A stretch of DNA of 64,000 bases from an uncultured Candidatus Binatia bacterium (GTDB taxonomy: Bacteria; Desulfobacterota; Binatia; UBA9968; JAJDTQ01). Shown here piece after piece: positions 39,228 through 48,954 of this stretch. Under the pieces are notes generated by a model. It was not told where the DNA came from. It saw nothing but the letters and a program-made list of their open reading frames with translations, and did not search any database. The stretch lies in contig OZ251459.1 of the NCBI GenBank assembly GCA_965242525.1, forward strand, positions 1,728,001 to 1,792,000, given 5' to 3'. Made by a program: the position numbers and the translations under genes. Numbering within the stretch: position 1 is the first letter of the stretch; each line of letters opens with the position of its first letter.

Positions 39228-39361
39228 GACTTCGGAAAATACCATAACGGCGCGGGAACGCCAACGGAGAGACGTGCGCGGACCGGTTGTCCGGGGTTTC
39301 CTTGAGTTGATCGAAGGAAGGTGGTTAACTGGCGCCGTACCTCGTTCCCGCTGGGGCGCTC

Positions 39362-40252
39362 ATGGCCACGCCAGAACAAAGCTACTTCGACCCCGCGGTG
39401 CTTGCGCGGCTCTCGAACCTGCGCCTGAAGGCGCGTTGGGTCGTGGACGGCTTCATGGCCGGCCTGCACCGGAGCCGCGCCAAGGGTTTCAGCGTCGAGT
39501 TCGAGCAGCATCGCGAGTACGCTCCCGGGGACGAGATCCGCCGCATCGACTGGAAGGCTCTGGGCAAGCTGGACCGCTACTTCGTCAAGGAGTACGAGGA
39601 CGAGAGCAACGTCAAGACCCACCTGCTGCTGGACACGAGCGGCTCCATGGACTACGCCTCGGGCGAAGTCACCAAGTTCGAATACGGCTGCATCCTCGCG
39701 GCCTCGCTGGCCTGCCTGATCCTCCGGCAGCAGGACGCCGCGGGCTTGACCACTTTCTCGGACCGCGTGGGCTCGCAACTGCCGCCCAGAGCCGCCCGGG
39801 GATACCTGGTGGAGTTGCTGCGGCGGCTCGAATCGGAGACCACCGGGGGCGATACCGACGTAGGCAGGGTCCTGCGGGAGGTGGCCGGCGGCGTCCGGCG
39901 GCGAGGTCTGGTGGTGCTGGTCTCGGACCTGCTGGACGAGCCCGAGTCGGTGCTGCAGGGACTGCGGCTGTTCCGCTTCAAGGGCAACGACGTGCTGGTC
40001 TTCCACCTGCTGGACGAAGCGGAGCTGTCCTTCCCCTTCTCCGGCAACACCCGGTTCGAGGACATCGAAGACCCCCGGCTCCGGGTCACGGCCGATGCGA
40101 AGGCCATCCGGGCCGAGTACCGCCGCACCGTGGCCAACCACATCGACGCCCTGCGGTCGGGCTGCCACGAATACGCCATCGACTATCAACTGCTGTCCAC
40201 CGCCACGCCGCTGGACCAGGCCCTGGTAAGCTACCTGAGCTGGAGGAAGTGA
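39362..40252 (+). CDS. DUF58 (vWA-like) protein
   Basis: GLHRS, EFEQHREYAPGDEIRRIDWK, DTSGSM, VSDL. Confidence 0.93.
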   Translation: MATPEQSYFDPAVLARLSNLRLKARWVVDGFMAGLHRSRAKGFSVEFEQHREYAPGDEIRRIDWKALGKLDRYFVKEYEDESNVKTHLLLDTSGSMDYASGEVTKFEYGCILAASLACLILRQQDAAGLTTFSDRVGSQLPPRAARGYLVELLRRLESETTGGDTDVGRVLREVAGGVRRRGLVVLVSDLLDEPESVLQGLRLFRFKGNDVLVFHLLDEAELSFPFSGNTRFEDIEDPRLRVTADAKAIRAEYRRTVANHIDALRSGCHEYAIDYQLLSTATPLDQALVSYLSWRK

Positions 40253-42354
40253 CCCTGGGATTCCTCTATCCGTTGTACTTGGCGGCCCTGGCCGCCGCGG
40301 TGGTCCCGCTGGTGATCCACTTGCTGAACCGGCGCCGGCAGAGGCGGCTGCGCTTCCCCGCGGTGAGGTTCGTGCTCGTCTCCCAGCGGCGGGTGGCGCG
40401 GTCCTACCACCTGCGGTACTGGCTGCTGCTCGCGGTCCGCACCCTTGCCATCGTCTTCCTGGCGCTGCTCATGGCGCATCCCCTGTTCGAGACCGGCGTG
40501 GGGCTGGCGGTCCGGGGCGCGCCGGCGTCCACCGTCGTGGTCGTGGACAACTCCCTGAGCATGCAGGTGCGGGAGGACGGAGCCCCGTTCGCAGAGGCGA
40601 AACAGGCCGCGGCGCGCATCCTCGAGGCCATGGACGAGGACGACCAAGCGGCGCTCGTCCCCACCAATCCGGTGGGCCGCGGGGGGCCGCGCTTCCGGGC
40701 GCCGCAGGAGGCCGCCATCGAGGACCTGGAGCCCCTGGCCGGCGCCGCGGGCGTAGCGGACGTGGCCGGGGCCCTGCGCACGGCCTACGGGCTGCTGCGG
40801 CAGGCCGGGGGACAGAAGGCCCTGTGGGTGGTCACGGACCTGGGGTTGCCGGGCTGGGACCGCCTGTCCCTGTCGGCCGTGGGCGAGTACGACCCCACCG
40901 TTCCCGTGAAGATCGTCACCGTGGGCTCGGCCGACGCCCCTCCCAACGCCACCATCGAGGGGGTCGAGTCCCGGACGGACCACGTGGCTCCGGGACTCGA
41001 CCTGGAGCTTGCGGCCACCCTCGTCAACTACACGGACGCGGCCATCCCGGACGTGGCCGCGCGCCTCACCATCGACGACCAGGTACGGGCCGAGAAACGG
41101 GTGACCCTGCCGGCCGACGCAAAATCCACGGTGGAGTTCCGGTTCCAACTGGACCGACCGGGCAGCCATTCGGGCTACGTGTCCCTCCACGGCGAAGGGT
41201 TCGCGGGGAACCGGCGCCACTACTTCACCGTCCATACCCGGGACCGGTTGCACGTGCTGCTGGTGGACGGAGACCCGCAGCGGTCCCTGGTGGCCAGCGA
41301 GACGTTCTTCCTGAGCCGCGCCCTGAACCCTGCCGGAGACCTTGCGAGCTCGGTGCTGCTGCCCGAGGTGGTCCTTCCCGGCGCCCTGGACCAGGTAACC
41401 CCCGACGGCTACCAGGGCATCGTCCTGGCCAACGTGGCCACCGTGCCCGCGGCCCTGGCGGCCAGGTTGACCGCGTTCGTCGAAGGCGGCGGCGGCCTGC
41501 TGCTGTCCCTGGGGGACCGGGTGGCGGCCGAAGACTACAACCGGACCCTGTGGCGCAGCGCCACGCCGCTCCTTCCCGGCCCCCTGGGGGAACGCCGGAG
41601 GGCGCCGCTGGACCGGCGCGTGACCGTGGGAGAAGTGGACGCGGAGCATCCCGCCCTGGGCGCCTTCGGCCACGAGCGGCTGCTGGACTCGCTGCGGTCG
41701 GCCAGGGTCTCGTCCTGGTTCGAGGCGGACCCGGCAGGGGGGCGCACCCTGATGCGCCTGAGCAACGGCCAGCCGCTGCTGGTGGAGAAGGAGCTCGGAC
41801 GGGGCCGCGTCCTCCTGCTCACCTCCAGCGCGGACATGGACTGGAACGACCTGCCGCTCAAGACCGGCTACGTGCCGCTGGTCCGTTCCCTGGTGACCCA
41901 CGCCGCCGGCGGGAACCGGGGCTCGGTGGACACCGGGACCACCGCTGGGACCACGAAACGGTGGACCGCGGACCCGGCCCACGCGGGCGCGCCGCTGCAG
42001 GTGGTGGATCCCGGGGGCACGGAGAGGCGGGTCGTCCTGGAGACCCGGGACGGGAAGGCGTCCGCGGCCTTCGACGGGAACCATTTCGCGGGGATCTACC
42101 GGGTGGTCTCCCCGGAGGCGGGCCCGGACCTCCCCGGAATCTACGCCGTGAACCCTCCGGCCGCGGAATCGCTGCTGGAGCGCATGGGCGCCGACGAGCT
42201 GGAACGGAAGCTCGGCCCCGTGGTCCACCAGGTCCTTGCCGCGGGCGCCCTGTCCGGGGGCGGCAGCCGGACGGACCTTGCGCTGGCGCTGGCGGTGACC
42301 ACCCTCCTGACGCTGCTCTTCGAGAGCTGGCTGGGACAGAGGAGCCATGAATAG
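40249..42354 (+). CDS. BatA-domain/vWA membrane protein
   Basis: FLYP...PLVIHLL...FP, DNSLSM MIDAS, C-terminal TM; GTGA overlap with DUF58. Confidence 0.88.
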   Translation: MTLGFLYPLYLAALAAAVVPLVIHLLNRRRQRRLRFPAVRFVLVSQRRVARSYHLRYWLLLAVRTLAIVFLALLMAHPLFETGVGLAVRGAPASTVVVVDNSLSMQVREDGAPFAEAKQAAARILEAMDEDDQAALVPTNPVGRGGPRFRAPQEAAIEDLEPLAGAAGVADVAGALRTAYGLLRQAGGQKALWVVTDLGLPGWDRLSLSAVGEYDPTVPVKIVTVGSADAPPNATIEGVESRTDHVAPGLDLELAATLVNYTDAAIPDVAARLTIDDQVRAEKRVTLPADAKSTVEFRFQLDRPGSHSGYVSLHGEGFAGNRRHYFTVHTRDRLHVLLVDGDPQRSLVASETFFLSRALNPAGDLASSVLLPEVVLPGALDQVTPDGYQGIVLANVATVPAALAARLTAFVEGGGGLLLSLGDRVAAEDYNRTLWRSATPLLPGPLGERRRAPLDRRVTVGEVDAEHPALGAFGHERLLDSLRSARVSSWFEADPAGGRTLMRLSNGQPLLVEKELGRGRVLLLTSSADMDWNDLPLKTGYVPLVRSLVTHAAGGNRGSVDTGTTAGTTKRWTADPAHAGAPLQVVDPGGTERRVVLETRDGKASAAFDGNHFAGIYRVVSPEAGPDLPGIYAVNPPAAESLLERMGADELERKLGPVVHQVLAAGALSGGGSRTDLALALAVTTLLTLLFESWLGQRSHE

Positions 42355-43108
42355 GCGCAGGTTCCTGCAGCGCGTGCTGGCCGCGGCCGCGGCCTGGGGA
42401 GGACCCGGCGTCCTCCGGGCCGCGGAGGAGCCGCGCCCGGACCGGTTCGTGTTCGCGCAACTGCGCTACCGCGGGGGAGACTGGGACCCCCGGCCCGGGG
42501 CCGCCGCCCCCATGATGCGGGAGCTCATGCGCCGGACCAGCGTGCGGGCCGACCTCCGACGCCGAGTGGTCACCCTGGCCGACCCGGAACTGTTCTCGTT
42601 CCCGTTCCTCTACATGGCCGGCAAGTACGACTTCCAGCCGTTCTCCGACCGCGAGGTCCGGCGCCTGCGGCGGTTCCTGTCCTTCGGCGGGTTCCTGCTC
42701 GCCGACAACACCCTGGGGCAACTGGGCTACGGCTTCGACCGGCGCTTCCGCCAGGAGATGCAACGGGTGTTCCCCGAACGGGAGCTGCGGAAGATCCCCC
42801 TGACCCACGCGCTGCTGCGGAGCTACTACCTGCTCCGACGGATCGGCGGGCGCGTGGCCGCCAGCCCCTACCTCGAGGGGATCCGACTCGGCGAGACCAC
42901 GCCGGTGGCCTATTGCCACAACGACCTGGCCGGCGCATGGGAACAGGACGGGCTGGGGCGCTGGAGCCATCCGTGCGTTCCCGACGGCGAAGCGCAGCGG
43001 CGGGACGCCTTCCATCTCGGCGTCAACCTGGTCCTCTACGCCATGACCGGCAACTACAAGCAGGACCTGATCCACGTGCCCTTCATCCGGCGGCGGCTGA
43101 CGCAGTAG
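42347..43108 (+). CDS. DUF4159 protein with Tat signal
   Basis: MNRRRFL, GGDW, FPFLYM, GGFLLAD, NDLAGAW, GVNLVLYAMTG. Confidence 0.88.
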   Translation: MNRRRFLQRVLAAAAAWGGPGVLRAAEEPRPDRFVFAQLRYRGGDWDPRPGAAAPMMRELMRRTSVRADLRRRVVTLADPELFSFPFLYMAGKYDFQPFSDREVRRLRRFLSFGGFLLADNTLGQLGYGFDRRFRQEMQRVFPERELRKIPLTHALLRSYYLLRRIGGRVAASPYLEGIRLGETTPVAYCHNDLAGAWEQDGLGRWSHPCVPDGEAQRRDAFHLGVNLVLYAMTGNYKQDLIHVPFIRRRLTQ

Positions 43109-43247
43109 GGAACCTCTGAACAATCGAGACATCCAGGATGGATTTCCGATTCCCGCACCCTGACCCCTTGTTTCCGTTCGTCCTGAGCGTAGCGAAGCGG
43201 AGTCGAAGGACGCTCTCATGCACTCTGCCCGATCGTTCAGAGGTTCC
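43109..43247 (+). mobile_element. MITE copy D (139 bp, single core; probable basic form)
   Basis: TIR GGAACCTCTGAACAATCG / CGATCGTTCAGAGGTTCC; flanks GTAG / GCAG; begins directly after the DUF4159 TAG. Confidence 0.88.
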
Positions 43248-43328
43248 GCAGGAAGGTCCGGCGTGACGGCATGAGACCAGGTCGTGTGACATCCGGGGGG
43301 TTTCGGCGCGCCGCGGCGCGGGCGTGAG

Positions 43329-45566
43329 ATGGCCGGGATTCCCGACATCGCTTTCGGCGGAGGCGTGCCCGGGTGGCTGGCCGCGGCGTTGGCGCTGGCC
43401 GCGGCGGCGTTCCTCGCCCATCAATTCCGGTTCCTGCGCCGGAGCCTGGGCCCCGGCAAGGCGTGGCCGTTGACGCTGCTGCGCGCCCTGGTCTATGCGC
43501 TGCTGCTGCTGTTCCTGCTGGGTCCCACGCGCACGGTGGAGGAGCCCACGTCCCTGCGCCGCCCGCTGGTGGCGCTGGTGGACGCCTCCGCGAGCATGGG
43601 GCTGCCTTCGGGCGCCGGCCCCGGGAGCCGCCTCGACGCCGCCAGGGAAGTGCTGGCCGAGCCGGGCCTCACCCGCGGGCTCGCGCGCCGGTACGACCTC
43701 AAGCTCTACTCGTTCGACCGGGAGACCCGCCTCCGGAGCATGGACGAGCTCGCCGGCATGGCGCCGGACGGCGACGCCAGCCGGCTCTTCCACGCCCTGG
43801 AGCAGGTGGCCGCAAGCGAGCCGGAAGCGGCCGGCGTCATCGTGGTCTCCGACGGCATCGTCAACCCCGGGGACGCCCCGGAGACCTTCCCCGGCCACCC
43901 GAAGCCGGTGCTGGCCGTGGGGGTGGGACGGAAGGACGGTTTCAGGGACCTGCGCATCACCCGCCTGCGCGCCCCGGAGATGGCCTTCCGCGGCCGCGCC
44001 GTCGCCATCGACTTCACCATCCGGGCCCACGGACTGGCCGGCGTCCAGGCGCCCCTGTACTTCAACGTGGGCCGGAACCTGGTCTCCACGCACCCCGTCA
44101 CCATCCCTGACGACGACTATGAGGAGCGAATGACGCTCCACTATACGCCCCGGGATCTGGGCGCCCACGGCTTTACCCTGACCCTGCCGGTCCAGGAGGG
44201 CGAGAGCATCCGCAGCAACAACCGGAAGGCCTTCCGCATGGACGTGCGACCGGACAAGATCCGGGTGCTGACCCTGTCGGGGTCGCCCTCCTGGAACTAT
44301 CGGTTCCTGCGGTTCGCACTGAAGCAGGACCCCTTCCTGGAGTTGGTGTCGTTCGTCTTCCTGAGGACGCCCGACGACTCGGTGGACGTGCACGAGAACG
44401 AGCTGAGCCTGATCCCCTTTCCCATCGACCAGATCTTCGTCGAGGAGATCGACGACTTCGACGTGCTGATCCTCGACAACTTCTCCCACCGGGCCTATTT
44501 CAACCCGGTCTATTTCGAGAGGATGCGCGACTTCGTGCGCGATGGCGGCGGCATCGCCGTCCTCGGCGGGTCCCGGGCCTTCGACCGGGGCGGATACCAT
44601 GAGACGGCCCTGGCCTCCCTGCTGCCGGTGAAGCTCGACGGCCGCGGGGACTTCGAGACCGGCGTGGCCGCCCGCGCCTCCCTGACCCGGGCGGGCAAGG
44701 CCCATCCGCTGACGCGGGTGTTCGCCGACCCGGACGCCAACCGGGAGGCCTGGAGCGGGCTGCCGCCCCTGAGGACCCTCAACCGGGTGGCCCGGGCCGA
44801 CGGCGAGGTGCTGCTGTCGGCATCGGTAGGGGGACGGCAGTCGCCCCTCCTGACGGTAGGGAAGTTCCACCGGGGACGGACCCTGGCCTTCACCAGCGAC
44901 GACCTCTGGCGCTGGAACTTCGATGCGGTGGGCCGGGACCGGAACCCCCAGGTCCACCTGAAGCTCATCCGCAACGGCGTGCGCTGGCTGGCCCGGGATC
45001 CCGCCTTCGACCAGGTGCAGGTGCTGGCGGTCGGGGGGTCCGGGGGAGTCGGGGCAAAGCGCGAGTTCCGGGTCCGGGTGTTGCGGGACGACCACGAGCC
45101 GGCCGTGGACGCCACCCTCGACGCCGCGGTGACCGACCCGGAAGGCCAACGGACTCCGCTGGAGGCCGCGGCCACCGAACGGCCCGGCGAGTACCGGGCC
45201 GAGTTCACCCCGCGTCTCGAAGGACCCCACCGGGTCGAAGTCCGGGCGGCCTCGTCCGACGGTCCCCTGGGAAGCGCCGCGGCCAACTTCCTCGTGGCGC
45301 TGGGGTCGGAGGAGAACGACGACGGGCGCCCGCGGCCCGAGTTGCTGCAAGCCGTGGCGGCCCGGAGCCACGGCCTGTTCGCCTTCCACGAGACCTTGAC
45401 GGACGCGCACTGGTCGGAGTTCGAGGAGAGGATGGAGCGGGCCGCGCCGTCGAGCATCGTGGCGAGGAGCCGCGTGGCCCTGTGGAACGAGCCGCTCGTG
45501 TTCGCCCTGGCGGTCCTCCTGCTGGCCGCGGAATGGTGGCTGCGGCGCACCTGGGGACTGGCGTGA
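43329..45566 (+). CDS. Membrane protein with vWA-like and glutamine-amidotransferase-like domains
   Basis: TMs, DASASM, VSDG, PSWNYRFL, LIPFP, WRW, AEWWLRR. Confidence 0.8.
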   Translation: MAGIPDIAFGGGVPGWLAAALALAAAAFLAHQFRFLRRSLGPGKAWPLTLLRALVYALLLLFLLGPTRTVEEPTSLRRPLVALVDASASMGLPSGAGPGSRLDAAREVLAEPGLTRGLARRYDLKLYSFDRETRLRSMDELAGMAPDGDASRLFHALEQVAASEPEAAGVIVVSDGIVNPGDAPETFPGHPKPVLAVGVGRKDGFRDLRITRLRAPEMAFRGRAVAIDFTIRAHGLAGVQAPLYFNVGRNLVSTHPVTIPDDDYEERMTLHYTPRDLGAHGFTLTLPVQEGESIRSNNRKAFRMDVRPDKIRVLTLSGSPSWNYRFLRFALKQDPFLELVSFVFLRTPDDSVDVHENELSLIPFPIDQIFVEEIDDFDVLILDNFSHRAYFNPVYFERMRDFVRDGGGIAVLGGSRAFDRGGYHETALASLLPVKLDGRGDFETGVAARASLTRAGKAHPLTRVFADPDANREAWSGLPPLRTLNRVARADGEVLLSASVGGRQSPLLTVGKFHRGRTLAFTSDDLWRWNFDAVGRDRNPQVHLKLIRNGVRWLARDPAFDQVQVLAVGGSGGVGAKREFRVRVLRDDHEPAVDATLDAAVTDPEGQRTPLEAAATERPGEYRAEFTPRLEGPHRVEVRAASSDGPLGSAAANFLVALGSEENDDGRPRPELLQAVAARSHGLFAFHETLTDAHWSEFEERMERAAPSSIVARSRVALWNEPLVFALAVLLLAAEWWLRRTWGLA

Positions 45567-45631
45567 CCGGCGGGTCCCCTGGTGAGCGGACCGCGGGGGC
45601 GAGGACGCCCGCGGGTCCGGCCTCGGCGCGC

Positions 45632-46279
45632 CTAGGACCAACTGTCCTGATATACCCAGCGGTCGAGGTTGTCGAAGTACTGGCGCCGCAGCATGAGGCT
45701 CATCTCCACCGCCCGCGCCACCCGGTCCTGGATCTCGGGGGTGGTGGCGTACTTGACCAGCAGCTCGAAGGGATAGTTGCCGTGCTGTTCCTCGTCGTCG
45801 TGGATGCGCTGGTACGGCCCGGTCACCCACTCCGGCACGGTGCCGGCGGCGAGGCTCTTGGCGATGAGGTAGTCGGCCACCCCTTCCCCGGCGAACGGGA
45901 ACGCGGCGACCCGCTCGCAGGTTTCCGACAACGCCTCGAACCCGTTGAACATCCCCATCTGGGCGGGCAGGGGACGGTAGTCGTAGGGCGTTGCGCCCTT
46001 GCCCTTCAGGGCCTCCGAAAGGTACTCCGCGTGGACGAACTCCTCGTGGATGGCCTCCGCCAGTATGGCCTTGACCTCCAGCTCCGGCGTGGTCTTGAGC
46101 CACGAGCCGAAGACCTCCGCGGCGCGGACTTCGTTGAACAGCCGGCTCTGCATCACCTTGATGCGCATCTCGTCCGTGGTGAGCGGGACGTAGCTGTAGG
46201 CGGGCAGGCTTTCGTCCAGCCCCTTGCAGAACTCGGCGACCCGCTGCTGCACCTTCCCGGCGAATTCGTGACTGTCCAT
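45632..46279 (-). CDS. Ferritin-like di-iron protein
   Basis: NE...EEFVH...GE...DEEQH carboxylate pattern. Confidence 0.75.
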   Translation of the reverse strand: MDSHEFAGKVQQRVAEFCKGLDESLPAYSYVPLTTDEMRIKVMQSRLFNEVRAAEVFGSWLKTTPELEVKAILAEAIHEEFVHAEYLSEALKGKGATPYDYRPLPAQMGMFNGFEALSETCERVAAFPFAGEGVADYLIAKSLAAGTVPEWVTGPYQRIHDDEEQHGNYPFELLVKYATTPEIQDRVARAVEMSLMLRRQYFDNLDRWVYQDSWS

Positions 46280-46392
46280 GAGAGCTCCCCTGCGGAACCT
46301 TGCGGCGTGGATGCCGGAAGTGATAGCAGCACCCGGGGACACCGTCAACCGGGCGGCCCGTCGGGCAGCGCACGAGACGCGGAAGGGGTCGC

Positions 46393-48129
46393 TCATGGAC
46401 CTCCCTTGCGGCAGAAGTAGGGACCCACGACCAGCACGTCCATCCTGGTGCGGAGGAAGCAGTCGGCAGCCTCGGCCGGATGCTCGACGATCGGTTCGTT
46501 CTCGTTGAAGCTCGTGTTGAGGACCACCGGAATGCCGGTGCGCCCCTCGAACGCCCGGATCAGGTCGTAGTAGAGAGGGTTTTCCTCGCGCGACACGCTC
46601 TGGAGCCGTCCCGTATCGTCCACGTGGTTGACGGCGCACAGGCGCTCCCGCCATGGGGCGCGGATCTTGTAAACGTGCAGCATGAACGGGGACGGGTGGT
46701 CGTGCTCGAACACCTCGGACTGCCTTTCTGCAAGCACAGAGGGGGCAAAGGGCCGGAACGGCTCGCGGTGCTTGATCCGGGCGTTGAGAACCTCCTTCAT
46801 GTCGGGCAGGCCGGGGTGCGCCAGGATGGAACGGTTGCCCAGTGCCCGGGGCCCCCACTCGCTCCTGCCCTGGAACCAACCCACGACGCTTCCGCGCTCG
46901 ATCTCGTCGGCGGTCCGGTCCAGAAGCGCGTCACGGTCCAGCTTCCGATAGACGATCCCCCTGTCCTGCAACGCCCTTTCCATGGTCTCCTGCGAATACT
47001 CCGGCCCCAGGAACGCGTTGGACATCACCCACCGTCTGCCTTCCTTCTTCACCGCGTTGCTGACGTAGAGGGCCGCCCCGAGGGCGAGGCCGTCGTCTCC
47101 CGCAGCCGGCTGGATCACGGTTTCCCTGAACGGGGTCTCGTGGAAGAGCTTGCCGTTCGCCACGCTGTTCAAGGCGCAGCCGCCCGCAAGGCACAAACGG
47201 TCGTTCGGCGCGTTCCGGTAGGCCATGCGAAGCAGGTGCATGTAAACGTCCTCGAAACGCGCCTGCAGGCCGCAGGCGAGGTCCCGGTCGCGTGGCGTGA
47301 TCTCCGCGCCGCGTTGCCGGGGTGCGCCGAACTGCCGCACCATTTCATCCGAATAGTGCCGAGCCAACTTCATGGCGCCATCGTCGGCGATGGAGATCCC
47401 CTGGTTGGCGCCAAACGGGACGAAGTACCTGGGGTTCAACCGCAGTCCGTCGGAGGTCGTTTCGATCATCTCCACGAACGTGGCGCGGTAGCCGTCCTCC
47501 CCCAGGGGCGCCAACCCCATCACCTTGCCCTCATCGCCGTAGCGGTCGTAACCGATGAACTGGCATACCATCGTATAGAGCGCGCCGAGGGACTGGGGCA
47601 CGTGGATGCGGCGCCGGATCCGGATCTCGGACCCCAGGCAATCCGTCATGAGACAAGTGGCGAAGTCTCCGGAACCGTCCACCGTCAGCCCCGTCGCACG
47701 CTCCCATGGCGAGACGAAATACGAACTCGCCGTGTGGGCCAGATGGTGTTCGACATGGTGCTGCTCGAAGCGGAGCAGGTTCGGGTCCACGCCGCAGTGC
47801 CCCGCCACCAGGACCTTGACTTCGTCCAGTGACGAGCGCACGGACCGCAACTTGGCGAAGTTCAGCAACTTGCCGGGATTCCGGGCGACGTAGGCCAACT
47901 TCCGAACACGATTGGCCGACCGGTCGCGGCCCATCGCCACCGCGTCCAGGTCCGAAAAGGTCAAACCGGCGTAGTCGAGGCAACGCCGGATGGAAAGCGC
48001 GGGGAACCCCGCATGGTGCTTCACCCTGTTGAGACGTTCCTCCGCAATGGCGACCACCGGCTCGCCATCCACGACCAGGGCGGCCGCCGCGCCTGCGTGA
48101 AACGCGTTGATCCCGAGAACGACGCTCAT
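46393..48129 (-). CDS. NodU/CmcH-family carbamoyltransferase (second paralog)
   Basis: EERLNR, HHLAH, DEGKVMGLA, GGCALNS, GPRALGNRS, NTSFN. Confidence 0.93.
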   Translation of the reverse strand: MSVVLGINAFHAGAAAALVVDGEPVVAIAEERLNRVKHHAGFPALSIRRCLDYAGLTFSDLDAVAMGRDRSANRVRKLAYVARNPGKLLNFAKLRSVRSSLDEVKVLVAGHCGVDPNLLRFEQHHVEHHLAHTASSYFVSPWERATGLTVDGSGDFATCLMTDCLGSEIRIRRRIHVPQSLGALYTMVCQFIGYDRYGDEGKVMGLAPLGEDGYRATFVEMIETTSDGLRLNPRYFVPFGANQGISIADDGAMKLARHYSDEMVRQFGAPRQRGAEITPRDRDLACGLQARFEDVYMHLLRMAYRNAPNDRLCLAGGCALNSVANGKLFHETPFRETVIQPAAGDDGLALGAALYVSNAVKKEGRRWVMSNAFLGPEYSQETMERALQDRGIVYRKLDRDALLDRTADEIERGSVVGWFQGRSEWGPRALGNRSILAHPGLPDMKEVLNARIKHREPFRPFAPSVLAERQSEVFEHDHPSPFMLHVYKIRAPWRERLCAVNHVDDTGRLQSVSREENPLYYDLIRAFEGRTGIPVVLNTSFNENEPIVEHPAEAADCFLRTRMDVLVVGPYFCRKGGP

Positions 48130-48344
48130 ACACGACCCTCTGCGGCCGCCCTTCCGCCGAACGGCGGCATGCGCCCGTCCCGATGGGACAGGGCCATGGC
48201 CAACCTGTCCCCCGCGGGTTGCGCGCGGCACGGATCGAGACTATACACGAAGCAGTTGGATGGGCCAAAGCCCATGCCGGAAGGAGGCGCCCGGCCCCGC
48301 GGCCGGGACCCGGCGGAGCCTCGTACGGAAGGAGGGAGAGCGTC

Positions 48345-48773
48345 ATGGCCATACGAGTCATGGATCTGGTCGAGAAGGCGCACAGGGACGGGAAACGCGA
48401 GGTGGTGATGAACACCCGGCGCTTCCACAGTTGGGTGCACGTCTATCCGGAGCCCGGCGACAGGGACGACATGCATTGCCACAACGCCGACCAGAGCTTC
48501 TACGTCATCGAAGGCGAGTGCACCATGCACTTTCCCGACGGCGGCAAAGCCGTCCTGAAGCCGGGCATGGCGGCGCTCATCCACGGCGGCGACTTCTACC
48601 AGCTCGAGAACACCGGCGCCGGCCCGATGATCCTCATGGGCAACCGTTCGGGTCCGTCCGAGGACATCAAGCACATCAACTACGAGCTGCGCAGGGACAT
48701 CAAGGAACTGCCCCGGGAAGACCGGGAGCGCATCGGCAGGGGCGGGCCGGTGCACGCGGGCCGGCCGGGATGA
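48345..48773 (+). CDS. Cupin-domain protein
   Basis: MHCHNADQSFYVIEGE; AAGGAGG RBS. Confidence 0.85.
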   Translation: MAIRVMDLVEKAHRDGKREVVMNTRRFHSWVHVYPEPGDRDDMHCHNADQSFYVIEGECTMHFPDGGKAVLKPGMAALIHGGDFYQLENTGAGPMILMGNRSGPSEDIKHINYELRRDIKELPREDRERIGRGGPVHAGRPG

Positions 48774-48954
48774 GGCGTCCGGCCGGAGGCGTCCCGGCCG
48801 GCTTGCGACGGACCCCCCGGGCCTGCCGGAAAGAGCCGGCGGGCCGTCCCTTGAACTGCCCGTCCGGGAACGCTATGGAACCCCTCGGACGCGTGCGGTT
48901 CCCGGCTCCTCCGGAACCCCAGGCGGGACCGGAAGAACCAAGCGGAGGTGAACC

